DNA from: a virus
Reading direction: 5' to 3' (one strand)
IMG/VR virus record: IMGVR_UViG_3300023296_001674
DNA: 64,000 bases
Both the position numbers and the translations under genes were made by a program. Below the pieces are notes generated by a model. That model saw only the letters and a list, made by a program, of their open reading frames with translations. It had not been told where the DNA came from and made no database searches. Of this stretch, positions 10,123 through 19,783 are shown piece after piece (positions within the stretch are counted from its first letter, which is position 1; each line of letters opens with the position of its first letter).

Positions 10123-10839
10123 ATGTTATTAATGGCTAATGGGTGTAGCAATACACACGGTATGGATTCATATAACGGCGAGGTGTGCGACGAGAATAGG
10201 AATCTTGCATTTCCTAAGCATATTGCCGATCATTTTGATATGGATTATCTTAATATAGCACATCCATGTGTTAGTAATGAATATATTGCACATACCACTA
10301 TTGATTGGATCGAAAATTGGATTGAAGACGGTGGCACATGTGAAGAATTGTTTATAGTAATTGGTTTGACCGCTAGCGTTAGAAAGACGTTAGTTAGTGA
10401 TGAATATGGAATATATACATGGAATACTGGTGTAAAAAATGGCGGAATTAGTGCATTTACTGCTGAACAATTTGATATTGTAGAAGATTATTTTAAATTG
10501 TGGTTAGAGTGTGATACAAGTTCTGATTATCACAACTCAACAAGTTACCATCACGTTAATTATTTGCATTTATATTTGAAAGAAAAAAATATAAAACATT
10601 TCATGATCAACACTTGTAATATGTTCACTGATTATTTACCAGAAAATAGACAATATATGAAAAAATTAGCTACGTATGTAGAATGTGCATCTTATAACGA
10701 TAGAGGATGTAATATGTATCCATATTACAAAAATTATAAACCCGCCCCTAGAGGACATATAACGGGTGAGACACATGGTTTATTAGGTCAAAAATGCATT
10801 GAATATATTACAAATCATGAATTATTGATTGACAAATAA
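10123..10839 (+). CDS. SGNH-hydrolase-like protein (DUF6071-like)
   Basis: ANGCS.T.G, N.A....SN, GH...TH; paralog at 48472. Confidence 0.6.
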   Translation: MLLMANGCSNTHGMDSYNGEVCDENRNLAFPKHIADHFDMDYLNIAHPCVSNEYIAHTTIDWIENWIEDGGTCEELFIVIGLTASVRKTLVSDEYGIYTWNTGVKNGGISAFTAEQFDIVEDYFKLWLECDTSSDYHNSTSYHHVNYLHLYLKEKNIKHFMINTCNMFTDYLPENRQYMKKLATYVECASYNDRGCNMYPYYKNYKPAPRGHITGETHGLLGQKCIEYITNHELLIDK

Positions 10840-10879
10840 CACCAGCATGATATAATCTATTTTTGATGAAGGATTAATA

Positions 10880-11689
10880 TCATGGGCGATTTTTACAGTT
10901 CTCATTGTGCCATCGATTTAGATTCCCCAAATTCGCCTCTTTATCACAATATTTACATTTTATCTTGATATGTTTTTTGCCATAAAAGCCATTTTTTTCG
11001 CCTTTGGTTGCTTCGCTTAACTTTTTTCTTGTTTCTTCAGAAGCATGTTTGCCTTTTTTTGCTTCACTCATTTTTTTAAGAATTTCATCAGAATAAACAT
11101 CGGTTCTTCCTTTATTCCATGGTATACAATTCTTATGTGCGTCGCTTTGTTTTTTACGAGTTTCTGTTGATGTCGATTTGCCATAATTGGGATTTTTCAC
11201 ACCTTTGGTTGCTTTACTTATTTTTTGTTTAGTTTTCTCAGAATGATAGTTGCCTTTCGATGCTTCACGCATTCTTTTAATAGATTTTTTTGTGTGCTTT
11301 CTACCCTTGAGTGCTTTGCTTATTTTTTTACAAGTTTCGTTTGAATGTGATTTTCCTTTTTGTGATTCGTTTAGATTTTTTCTATTTACTTCATATAATT
11401 TTGCATTAATATATCTTTTATGTTTATTTTTATTTGACACGCCCATCATATTAAACGCAAATATCATTTTACGCTTATTATTCCCTTCGGTGAATTTTGT
11501 TAATAGACAATGACAAATGAAATGCTCACGGGCAGTCAGGATGGCGATGTTGATTTTATCATTATTTCCACCTAAAGATTTTGGTATAATGTGATGTTTT
11601 TCGGTATAGATATTTTCTGATAATGTTCTTGACTTAGCACTATTGATTATATTATAATACCACTTGGTATATTTATTTTGTAAATACAT
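10880..11689 (-). CDS. HNH homing endonuclease with NUMOD3 repeats
   Basis: EKHHIIPKSLGG..N...LTAREHFICH; repeated HSEETKxKIS-type motifs. Confidence 0.9.
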   Translation of the reverse strand: MYLQNKYTKWYYNIINSAKSRTLSENIYTEKHHIIPKSLGGNNDKINIAILTAREHFICHCLLTKFTEGNNKRKMIFAFNMMGVSNKNKHKRYINAKLYEVNRKNLNESQKGKSHSNETCKKISKALKGRKHTKKSIKRMREASKGNYHSEKTKQKISKATKGVKNPNYGKSTSTETRKKQSDAHKNCIPWNKGRTDVYSDEILKKMSEAKKGKHASEETRKKLSEATKGEKNGFYGKKHIKIKCKYCDKEANLGNLNRWHNENCKNRP

Positions 11690-11828
11690 ATGCTGTAACT
11701 CCGTTTAGTTATAGTGTAGTTGGATGTTGGAAGCATCGTGAACTACATTAGTATTTATCATAATTCCTTGACAAATTTGCTTCACTGGGGTATTATTAGT
11801 CAGTATTTTTTATTGAAGGATATTTGTT

Positions 11829-12728
11829 ATGGGTGGAAATGCATTTAAATCATTAGAGTTATCAAGAATCAATCGCGATGATGTTGCGGCTACGGTGGAG
11901 TATATTGTCAAAATTTTGGATATTGATGGTTTCACTAAAGAATATGCAATGTCATCATTAATGGGAAGTACCGGAAAATCTAAAAATAGCGGCGATATAG
12001 ATTTTTGTATGAATACGCATGAAGCACAGTTCATCGATGATGATGTGCGTCCGATATTTGACAAGCACGCAATGTTAAAGCGGTTGCGCGAAGTATTACC
12101 AGTGGAACGAGTTAATACGCAGACTTTAAAAATGGGAAATATTATGACTGTTTTTCCGATTGCAAGCAACGAAGCTAATGGGCTTATTCAGGTCGATTTT
12201 GTATTTGGTCATTTTGACCTATTGCAGTTTACCCATTATAGCCCAGGTGAGGAATCAGAGTTCCGGGGTGTGTTTATTAGTCAATCTTTCGGAATTTTAG
12301 CAAAGATGCTTCATAAATATTACGATGCAACTGACCCTGAAACTGGCGAACGAACAGGTCGTGTAGGATTGCATCTAAATCTTGAACAAGGATTGTATTG
12401 TCGTTGGGAATCGCGCCGTAAACCAGGAATGGGCTGTAGTGTAACTACGGCAGACGAATTTGAAACAAGATTTGATTGTCCTAGATATCCACGACTTGGA
12501 TATATTACAAATCCTGATGTAATTGTTTCAATTATTCTCGGCGATGATGTGACACACAGCCAAGTGAATACATTTGAGAAAATTGTCGAATATGTTCGGG
12601 TGAATTTACCTGATCGGTATGAAGAATATTATGAACGGTTCATGATGTCTGCTGGTGGTTCAAGTATCGCCAAGCAAAACGGTTATGATCCAGATGATAT
12701 CGCAAATCATCCAATTTGGAAAAGATAA
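11829..12728 (+). CDS. Pol-beta-like nucleotidyltransferase fold protein
   Basis: MGGNAF, GSTGK...GDID, QVDF motifs. Confidence 0.6.
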   Translation: MGGNAFKSLELSRINRDDVAATVEYIVKILDIDGFTKEYAMSSLMGSTGKSKNSGDIDFCMNTHEAQFIDDDVRPIFDKHAMLKRLREVLPVERVNTQTLKMGNIMTVFPIASNEANGLIQVDFVFGHFDLLQFTHYSPGEESEFRGVFISQSFGILAKMLHKYYDATDPETGERTGRVGLHLNLEQGLYCRWESRRKPGMGCSVTTADEFETRFDCPRYPRLGYITNPDVIVSIILGDDVTHSQVNTFEKIVEYVRVNLPDRYEEYYERFMMSAGGSSIAKQNGYDPDDIANHPIWKR

Positions 12729-12752
12729 AGGGTGGCAAACGTGCCACCCTTT
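12727..12752. terminator. bidirectional terminator
   Basis: aaagggtggca-aacg-tgccacccttt between convergent genes. Confidence 0.75.
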
Positions 12753-12763
12753 GTTAATTAAAT

Positions 12764-12988
12764 TTACTTACAACTGGTGCAAGTGCATGGATTGCATGTG
12801 CAATCTGGACATTCGCATAATCCTTCAGATACAAACAAATTAAGTTTGTTGGCTTCTGACATTATTTCTTCCATTGATGGTTCATAATTTGCAGGTTGTA
12901 TGCCGATGCCGATAACTATTCTATTACTTAATGTAGTAGCGACAAGTTGTAATAATTCTAGACGGATTTCGTAGGGAGTTTTACTCAT
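12764..12988 (-). CDS. small phage protein with Cys-rich (metallothionein-like) tail
   Basis: MSKTPYEIRLELL start with GAGG RBS; C-terminus CECPDCTCNPCTCTSCK. Confidence 0.7.
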   Translation of the reverse strand: MSKTPYEIRLELLQLVATTLSNRIVIGIGIQPANYEPSMEEIMSEANKLNLFVSEGLCECPDCTCNPCTCTSCK

Positions 12989-13045
12989 AATATATTTCCT
13001 CATTGTGTGTTTGTGTGTATGAATGTCTAATGCATTCATTACTAT

Positions 13046-13915
13046 TTAGTCGGGAAATATACTATCGGCTATTGATTTTGCTTCCATTTTCTCAGATACA
13101 TGCTTCAACCTTTCTTCGGCTAATAAAACATATTCTGGATTGAGTTCAAAACCAATGAAATTTCTACCCATTTCTTTGGCTACTGCTGCGGTTGTGCCGC
13201 TACCCATAAACGGATCAAGAACTATGCCATCTTTTGGACAGCCAGCATCTATTGGATCATGTAAAAGTTCAGGTGGAAAAACTGCGGTATGTGATCCTGC
13301 ATATTGACCTGTGTTGATACTCCATACAGTGCGTTTGTTTCTTGTATTACCATCAGCACCAATTTCTAATTGCTGCTTGAATGCATATTTTTTATTTTTT
13401 ACAAAAAAGAAGATGGGTTCGTAATCACGTGTAAATCTATCTTTAACTGTTTCAGGTTTTACATTTGGCTTATGCCATATTATTTGATTTCGCAAAGTCC
13501 AATTTTGACTTTTTATCATTTCAATAGCGAATCGTTCTGGAATCATCATTAATGATTTTGCATTAACATCTTCATCTATGTCAGGTTTCTTATCAAAGGT
13601 AAAACTTTCTTTAGACTTATCTGTCTCTTCCGTTCTGCCACCCCAAGCCCCTTTTCCACTACCTGCGTATGTGTCACCAATGTTAACCCAACACGTTCCA
13701 GTAGGCTTTAAAACGCGATGTATTTTATCAAATAAAACCATGAGTTTTTCAACAAATAGATCGGCAGTTTTTTCTAATCCGATTTGTGTATCAGTTCCAT
13801 AGTCGCGCAAAGCCCAATATGGAGGAGACGTGATAACGCAATCAATGGATTCATCATCTAATAAATCTAACCCATCAAAGCAATCTATATTATGTATTTT
13901 GTTTATTTCAATCAT
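13046..13915 (-). CDS. DNA methyltransferase (N4-C/N6-A, beta class)
   Basis: TSPPY catalytic motif precedes DPFMGSGTT. Confidence 0.92.
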   Translation of the reverse strand: MIEINKIHNIDCFDGLDLLDDESIDCVITSPPYWALRDYGTDTQIGLEKTADLFVEKLMVLFDKIHRVLKPTGTCWVNIGDTYAGSGKGAWGGRTEETDKSKESFTFDKKPDIDEDVNAKSLMMIPERFAIEMIKSQNWTLRNQIIWHKPNVKPETVKDRFTRDYEPIFFFVKNKKYAFKQQLEIGADGNTRNKRTVWSINTGQYAGSHTAVFPPELLHDPIDAGCPKDGIVLDPFMGSGTTAAVAKEMGRNFIGFELNPEYVLLAEERLKHVSEKMEAKSIADSIFPD

Positions 13916-13951
13916 GGCGCAATTATACTATGGCGCAGACGGTAAGTCAAA

Positions 13952-14401
13952 TTACTTTAGATTTACATAAAGTGCGCCACTGCCACCATGATGTGGTGCA
14001 GCGATAGACCAAGAACGTGCTATATTTGATACTTCCAACCATAGAGGTACTTTTCGTTTCAATATTCCTGCCCCATCGCCACCTTTTCCATGACCCTTGC
14101 CAGTTATAACAAGAACACGATTAGAACCACGCATTTTTTCCGTGCATAAGAACGTTTCTAATGCTTTGTGTGCCTCGTTTCTTGTCATACCATGGAGATC
14201 AAGTTTAGCATCGTAACTATTACGGGACTTTTTGATCTTTTTGCGTTCAGAGATTTTAACAGTGTTATCGATATAATCATTTATATCAATTATTGGTGGA
14301 CTTTTATATCCAGGAGACGCAGGACTGCCTACTGGAGATATGTTCTTTACATACTCTTTCCACAGTTTCAAGTCGGCTCTTGTTATTTTTTTATCCATCA
14401 T
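13952..14401 (-). CDS. Smr domain endonuclease
   Basis: LDLHGMT, VITGKG, HGGSGALYV. Confidence 0.9.
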   Translation of the reverse strand: MMDKKITRADLKLWKEYVKNISPVGSPASPGYKSPPIIDINDYIDNTVKISERKKIKKSRNSYDAKLDLHGMTRNEAHKALETFLCTEKMRGSNRVLVITGKGHGKGGDGAGILKRKVPLWLEVSNIARSWSIAAPHHGGSGALYVNLK

Positions 14402-14499
14402 GGTTATATTTATTACATTATATTATCATTTTGTCAAGAAAAACCTTGACGATTGTGCTATTTTGATATAATATATGCATAATTATAAAGGAGTGTAAT

Positions 14500-16221
14500 A
14501 TGTATATGTTTAAAGAAGTCCACGATTCTATCATTACTGCGCTATATGCAACGTTCGCTATTGATGAGAGTAAAACGAATGTTCATAAAATCACAGTAGA
14601 TATGTCGCGCAAAGCCAATAGTGGCGATCTTGCGACCAATGTTGCTATGGTGATAGCCAAAACATATGATATGGAACCAATGGCGTTTGCTGAACGATTA
14701 CTTCCGAGAATAAAAACAATTCATGGTGTTGAATCATGTGTAATTGCACAACCAGGTTTTATTAACCTTACAATGGAACCAATGTGGTGGCTTAAAAATT
14801 TGATGAATATTATGAAAAACGAATCAAATTGTGGAACACGTTCTAAATATAATTCCGCGCATTTTGAATATGTTTCAGCCAATCCAACAGGGCCACTTCA
14901 TGTTGGTCATGCTCGTGGTGCAATCATTGGTGACGTTCTTGCATCTATTTATGATAAATGTGGATATCACGTAACGCGTGAATATTACGTTAATGATGCT
15001 GGAGGTCAGATCGATGTATTGGTTAATTCTGTATATCATGAATATTTAAAATTGAATAACGTAACTGATATCATCATACCACAAGTATACAAAGGTGAAG
15101 TTATTGAATTCCTAGCAAAAGCGTGGAATATGTTTATTAAAGATGAATATATCAACCAAATGCGTGACAACTGGCAAGAGCCATTGCGCGAGTTTGTGTT
15201 GCCGTTAGTTATGGATCGAATCAAAAGTGATCTGAATATGATGGGCGTTAAACATGATGTATTTACACATGAAAGCGAAATTGTGGATAATGGAGGTGTC
15301 GTCGAAGCACTTCATATATTACGTGCACAAGATTTGACATATAAAGGAGTTCTTCCACCACCAAAAGGTAAAGAAGATGCAGCCTATGACAGCCGTAAAC
15401 AACTTTTGTTTAAGTCTACCGAATTCGGCGACGACGTTGATCGTCCATTAAAGAAAGCAGACGGATCGTGGACTTACTTTGCAACAGATATTGCATATCA
15501 TGCTGATAAATTTAAGCGTGGACATAAAAATATGATTAACATCATGGGTGCCGATCATGCCGGTTATACATCACGTATATCCGCCGCAGTTCGTGCAGTT
15601 AGCCATAAGCAAGCCAGAGTTGATACAGTTCTTTGCCAAATGGTCAATCTTGTTGATAATGGCGAAAAAGTAAAACAATCCAAACGTGATGGCACATATG
15701 TCACCGTCGAAGATGTTGTTAATAAAGTGGGTAAAGATGCATTGCGTTTCACAATGATGACTCGTAAAGCAGATGCACATCTGGATTTTGACTATCAAAA
15801 AGTGGTCGAAGAAACTAAAGATAATATGGTATATTATGTTCAGTATGCACACGCACGTGCTCATTCTGTTTTAAATAAAGCAGTCGAACGACCCGAATTT
15901 GAAGATATTTGCGTGGAAACACTATCTCGTTTAAATAATGAAAACGAAATGTCCATTGTGAAACACTTATCAACATGGGGTGATATCTTGCAAAAAGCAG
16001 CAGATAAAAAAGAACCACATCATATTACATATTATCTATATGAACTTGCTGGATTGTTTCATTCATTACACAGTAAAGGCAATAACGATAAACAATTACG
16101 TTTCTTGATTGAAAATGACGATGAACTACAAATGGCGCGATTAATACTTGTGCAAAGTGTAGCACATGTGTTAAAATCAGGACTTGACGTATTGGGTGTA
16201 TCAGCACCAACAAAAATGTAA
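14500..16221 (+). CDS. argS: arginyl-tRNA synthetase
   Basis: EYVSANPTGPLHVGHARG, REYYVNDAG, GADH.GY, YVQYAHAR; TTGACG..TATAAT promoter upstream. Confidence 0.97.
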   Translation: MYMFKEVHDSIITALYATFAIDESKTNVHKITVDMSRKANSGDLATNVAMVIAKTYDMEPMAFAERLLPRIKTIHGVESCVIAQPGFINLTMEPMWWLKNLMNIMKNESNCGTRSKYNSAHFEYVSANPTGPLHVGHARGAIIGDVLASIYDKCGYHVTREYYVNDAGGQIDVLVNSVYHEYLKLNNVTDIIIPQVYKGEVIEFLAKAWNMFIKDEYINQMRDNWQEPLREFVLPLVMDRIKSDLNMMGVKHDVFTHESEIVDNGGVVEALHILRAQDLTYKGVLPPPKGKEDAAYDSRKQLLFKSTEFGDDVDRPLKKADGSWTYFATDIAYHADKFKRGHKNMINIMGADHAGYTSRISAAVRAVSHKQARVDTVLCQMVNLVDNGEKVKQSKRDGTYVTVEDVVNKVGKDALRFTMMTRKADAHLDFDYQKVVEETKDNMVYYVQYAHARAHSVLNKAVERPEFEDICVETLSRLNNENEMSIVKHLSTWGDILQKAADKKEPHHITYYLYELAGLFHSLHSKGNNDKQLRFLIENDDELQMARLILVQSVAHVLKSGLDVLGVSAPTKM

Positions 16222-16233
16222 GAGGAGAAATAA

Positions 16234-16740
16234 GTGTCTTATACCGCGATTTATAAATTAGGCGACGACGAACAAGAACTGGCGAATTTAAAAAATTCAC
16301 ACCGTGGTGCTATGTATATATGGAACGATTTTGCCATTCGATACTTTGGGTTAGACCGATTTCCAATGTTCGATATGGATGAAGCTAATGAAATATGGAA
16401 TGCACAGTCTATTAAAGATATTCCAGAACATGAAGCAATCGTTATGCGAACAACTATGGATAAAGCAACCGTCGACAGTCAAGGCGTGGGCGCAGTTATC
16501 GCCGCACTAAAACAATATGGCGAAGAACATCCAACCAGTAATTTTTCAGAACAAGCACAGATCATCGAAGATGCTGCCATTAGTGGAGACAGTTATATTG
16601 CATGGCATCAAACATCAACATCAGAGTTTTGGGGCGAAGGGTCTGTATACGACGACGATGAAGACGATTATGTATACACATTATATAATCCAAATACCGA
16701 TGAAGGCAATCATTTCGACGTTATAAAGAATGAAGATTAA
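16234..16740 (+). CDS. hypothetical protein
   Basis: GAGGAG RBS, GTG start. Confidence 0.7.
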   Translation: MSYTAIYKLGDDEQELANLKNSHRGAMYIWNDFAIRYFGLDRFPMFDMDEANEIWNAQSIKDIPEHEAIVMRTTMDKATVDSQGVGAVIAALKQYGEEHPTSNFSEQAQIIEDAAISGDSYIAWHQTSTSEFWGEGSVYDDDEDDYVYTLYNPNTDEGNHFDVIKNED

Positions 16741-16758
16741 AATTTAAAAGGATTTACA

Positions 16759-17175
16759 ATGGGATTATTTGAGAAACAACGAAACAGTACGTTTAACTCG
16801 CTAACAGAAGATTTATCAAAAAAAGACGCTGATTATTATTATGATATTTTCGAATATTTTAGTAATGTTAATAGTAGCGGATTGACGCTTGTAGAGTCGT
16901 TGCCTGCGTTACATGTTATTTCACGTTCTGGTGTTTCTATTCACGCTAATAAACTTATAAAATATACAATTGAAGCATTTAAGAATATGGATGCTAATAT
17001 GAAATATACAATAAAGTCCGACGATCAACAAGCTAATGCAATGTCATTGATGACTCGTGATATACTAATTATGTGCGGCGACAATGTTGCTGCACAATTA
17101 ATACAAGTCGAAGTGGATAAAGAACTCCAGAAAATTGAAGATTTTAAGTCGACATTTGACGATATAAGCATTTAA
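16759..17175 (+). CDS. hypothetical protein
   Basis: AAGGA RBS; ORF. Confidence 0.7.
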   Translation: MGLFEKQRNSTFNSLTEDLSKKDADYYYDIFEYFSNVNSSGLTLVESLPALHVISRSGVSIHANKLIKYTIEAFKNMDANMKYTIKSDDQQANAMSLMTRDILIMCGDNVAAQLIQVEVDKELQKIEDFKSTFDDISI

Positions 17176-17579
17176 TGTCACAATTATCATTATCAAATGA
17201 ACCAGGATTCATAATGTCATATGCTGATTTATTAGACGATGAACAATATACAGATAAATTCATTGATATCGCCAACGAAGTCGATGATATAAATTTAATA
17301 GGAATAGCCGTTGATATTATAAATGATATCGGTGATGATAAATCTAATGAAGATATAGTGCATGCTATTTTTACTGTATGCCATTCCGAAGAAGTATATA
17401 GCGAATTCGCTAACGATGGACTCATCGATGATAAAATAATGCAACTGTGTGATATATTAATTAATATATATACAATGCTAGATTTACCATTGTTATGCAA
17501 TGATTATCGCGAATTAAAAAAAGATTTAATAGAAGAAATTAACAACACAAAATCGTTTTTTGACGATATAAGCACTTAG
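17175..17579 (+). CDS. hypothetical acidic protein
   Basis: Translationally coupled ORF. Confidence 0.7.
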   Translation: MSQLSLSNEPGFIMSYADLLDDEQYTDKFIDIANEVDDINLIGIAVDIINDIGDDKSNEDIVHAIFTVCHSEEVYSEFANDGLIDDKIMQLCDILINIYTMLDLPLLCNDYRELKKDLIEEINNTKSFFDDIST

Positions 17580-17589
17580 GAGAAATATT

Positions 17590-18201
17590 ATGACAACAGT
17601 GGCACAATTATTAAGACATGTATTTAAAGAAAAAAATTATGATATAGAAGTCATTGAATGTACCGGCGATGACGTTGATCCTATGAATTTCGAGCCTCTA
17701 TATGGAAAATTGAAATTTAAATGCGGTGAAAAAATGTTAAACGGTATAGGAACTAATGCTGATGATAAAAATCCTCATGATCATGATCGTAATGACGTAG
17801 CGGAGATTGCTGCGGCGTTATTACAAGAAATAGAATATACATTGGTGGATGAATTTTTGAAAGAAAATAAACCAGTAAAGACGCCGCGATTAGCAAAACC
17901 AAACAACGTGATGCAATTGATAGAAGATAGGTTTTATGATCGCGGTTATAGTGATATCAATGTGAATATAGAACGCACCGACGACGATGTTAATATATTG
18001 AAGTTTAGTATAGGCACTTATGTGTTTGATGTGACCGCTAAGAATTTCGCTCTTGATATTATCACACCATATTATAAAGGTCGTGACATCTCCAATAAAA
18101 AAATTTGGAACACAATGGTAGTAGAAGTTGCAGCAGCAGCCGTGGAAGAATTGGAATATGAAATGAGACATAACTTTTTAAACAAAAATAAAAAAGTTTA
18201 A
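17590..18201 (+). CDS. hypothetical protein with internal duplication
   Basis: QL....F....YxDI and E.AAA...E.EY.....FL each occur twice. Confidence 0.7.
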   Translation: MTTVAQLLRHVFKEKNYDIEVIECTGDDVDPMNFEPLYGKLKFKCGEKMLNGIGTNADDKNPHDHDRNDVAEIAAALLQEIEYTLVDEFLKENKPVKTPRLAKPNNVMQLIEDRFYDRGYSDINVNIERTDDDVNILKFSIGTYVFDVTAKNFALDIITPYYKGRDISNKKIWNTMVVEVAAAAVEELEYEMRHNFLNKNKKV

Positions 18202-18439
18202 GTTTTTATTTGACAATCGAATATCATTATGTTATAAATGATAAATACAATTGATGAAGTGATGAACACACTTCGCTAAAACGTTGAAAATCAGCGGTTT
18301 TTTAAAAAAGTTCGATAAAATCGAAAAAAAGAGTTGACAAAAAACCAATTTTAGAGTAGATTTTATAAATAGATATTACAAAACAAAGTCATCACATGGT
18401 GTGATCGGCGGCAATTTATAGGAAGAAGTGAGTTCAAAA

Positions 18440-18562
18440 ATGTATACTTATTTACTATCATTATTACCACAGCCTAGTAGCGCATTGGAGCAATCCAGTG
18501 AACGTCTCTATGCGGCGGAATATGCCCCGAGACAAGCCGGTGATGGAGGTTTAGCAATCTGA
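18440..18562 (+). CDS. 40-aa leader peptide (putative attenuator)
   Basis: MYTYLLSLLPQPSSALEQSSERLYAAEYAPRQAGDGGLAI; covers the antiterminator arm. Confidence 0.5.
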   Translation: MYTYLLSLLPQPSSALEQSSERLYAAEYAPRQAGDGGLAI

Positions 18563-18606
18563 ATATATTGCAAACCACATAAAAATCTAAAAGGATTTTT
18601 TTACCC

Positions 18607-18641
18607 ACCGGCTACCTAAATATAGGTTAGCCGGTTTTTTT
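18607..18641 (+). terminator. intrinsic terminator with competing antiterminator
   Basis: accggcta-ccta-aata-tagg-t-tagccggt followed by T run; 5' arm also complementary to 18535-18542. Confidence 0.8.
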
Positions 18642-18765
18642 GTATCTTTTTTTAGATACGCAACGTTAAAAGGAGTGAAAACGAACTAAAATGTTAAACG
18701 ACGACATGCAATAGGCGGTTGAAGTTTGATGAAGCATCAATCGCCGTAATAAAGAGGATGATGCT

Positions 18766-19029
18766 ATGGTTAGTTATAGAGTGGAAGAATTTTCGGCATA
18801 TCACGGTTTAAGAAAAATTGTTTTTAATAGTGATAAACCAGACGAAGTAAAAAAAGTAGCAGAACGAGTTTTAAATGATAAAATCTTATTTAAACAATTC
18901 GTTCAAAACAAAGTTGATAAAAAAATCGCCATCCAAGAAAAAAAAGTTTTGGAAAATGCAAAAAAAGACTTGACAGGATGGAAAAAGTGGTTTAAAATGA
19001 TTTTGCCCCGTAGTTTAATTATAGGGTAA
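18766..19029 (+). CDS. hypothetical protein
   Basis: GAGGA upstream; ORF. Confidence 0.5.
   Translation: MVSYRVEEFSAYHGLRKIVFNSDKPDEVKKVAERVLNDKILFKQFVQNKVDKKIAIQEKKVLENAKKDLTGWKKWFKMILPRSLIIG
18970..18998 (+). promoter_or_regulatory. sigma70-like promoter
   Basis: TTGACA-17nt-TAAAAT upstream of ncRNA/tRNA array. Confidence 0.7.
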
Positions 19030-19256
19030 GATCGAAACAGGAGACCAATCTGTTTAGTGCAAAACGCGGAACGAGGCTGCGGGTAAAGCACTTAAAAAAA
19101 CACCCAAACGGGCGCGTCGTGGATGGATTTCCTTTTGTGGAATGAAAAAAACGAAGGTAGGAAGCAATGCGACCTACTAGGGAAAGCGACATATGCTTTC
19201 CTGATTGTCAATAGTTTTGTAGTGGGGTGATTTCGGTTGCCCCACTATAAAACAAC
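19030..19256 (+). ncRNA. structured RNA of unknown family
   Basis: Series of hairpins: gtagg/cctac, ggaaagc/gctttcc, gttttgtagtgggg/ccccactataaaac. Confidence 0.45.
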
Positions 19257-19261
19257 TTTAT

Positions 19262-19332
19262 GGGGCAGCTTGTGGGCTGGACGAAACATTTGCAATGTTT
19301 TAGGCGGGGTTCGATTCCCCGTTGCTCCACCA
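19262..19332 (+). tRNA. tRNA-Ala(UGC), short D arm
   Basis: G3:U70, aaaca-TT TGC AA-tgttt, GTTCGATTC, ACCA. Confidence 0.75.
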
Positions 19333-19340
19333 ATACTAAT

Positions 19341-19509
19341 TAAGTGTCCCTACATGCCGGAATTGGTATACGGGGGTGTGGCTAAGTCAATATGGATAGG
19401 AAAGCAAATACTAATAACTTTCTTTGTGCCCACGGCGTTAACCACCTTACTATGACGAGCACAACCGAACATAGTTATGCAGGATCATACCCTGCTGTGG
19501 AGACACTTA
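19341..19509 (+). ncRNA. tRNA-like RNA with ~100-nt insert replacing anticodon arm
   Basis: D-arm ccggaattggtatacgg, T-like arm gcagg-atcatac-cctgc, closing stem taagtgt/acactta. Confidence 0.55.
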
Positions 19510-19516
19510 ATAATAT

Positions 19517-19596
19517 GGGGGATTAGCTCAGTCTGGGAGAGCGCCTGCCTTGCACGTAGGGTCATTGCATCAGTTCAAATCTGATATTCTCCACCA
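19517..19596 (+). tRNA. tRNA-Ala(UGC)
   Basis: Cloverleaf, G3:U70, CT TGC AC loop, CCA. Confidence 0.9.
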
Positions 19597-19614
19597 ATTT
19601 ATAATAACAACGAT

Positions 19615-19689
19615 GTCCGTCTAGTCCAACTGGCAGGAGACACGAGACTTAAAATCTCGACAGTGTGGGTTCGAATCCCACGGCGGATA
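19615..19689 (+). tRNA. tRNA-Leu(UAA), short variable loop, no encoded CCA
   Basis: cgaga-CT TAA AA-tctcg; GTTCGAATC. Confidence 0.9.
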
Positions 19690-19694
19690 CGAAT

Positions 19695-19772
19695 GCCTGT
19701 GTAGTCCAACTGGAAGGAGACACTAGATTTAGATTCTAGACAGTATCGGTTCGAATCCGATTACAGGTACCA
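19695..19772 (+). tRNA. tRNA-Leu(UAG)
   Basis: ctaga-TT TAG AT-tctag; CCA. Confidence 0.9.
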
Positions 19773-19783
19773 ATTAACTATAT

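Noticed and set aside
19341-19509. tmRNA
   Set aside because: Too short, no G3:U70/CCA end, no evident tag ORF
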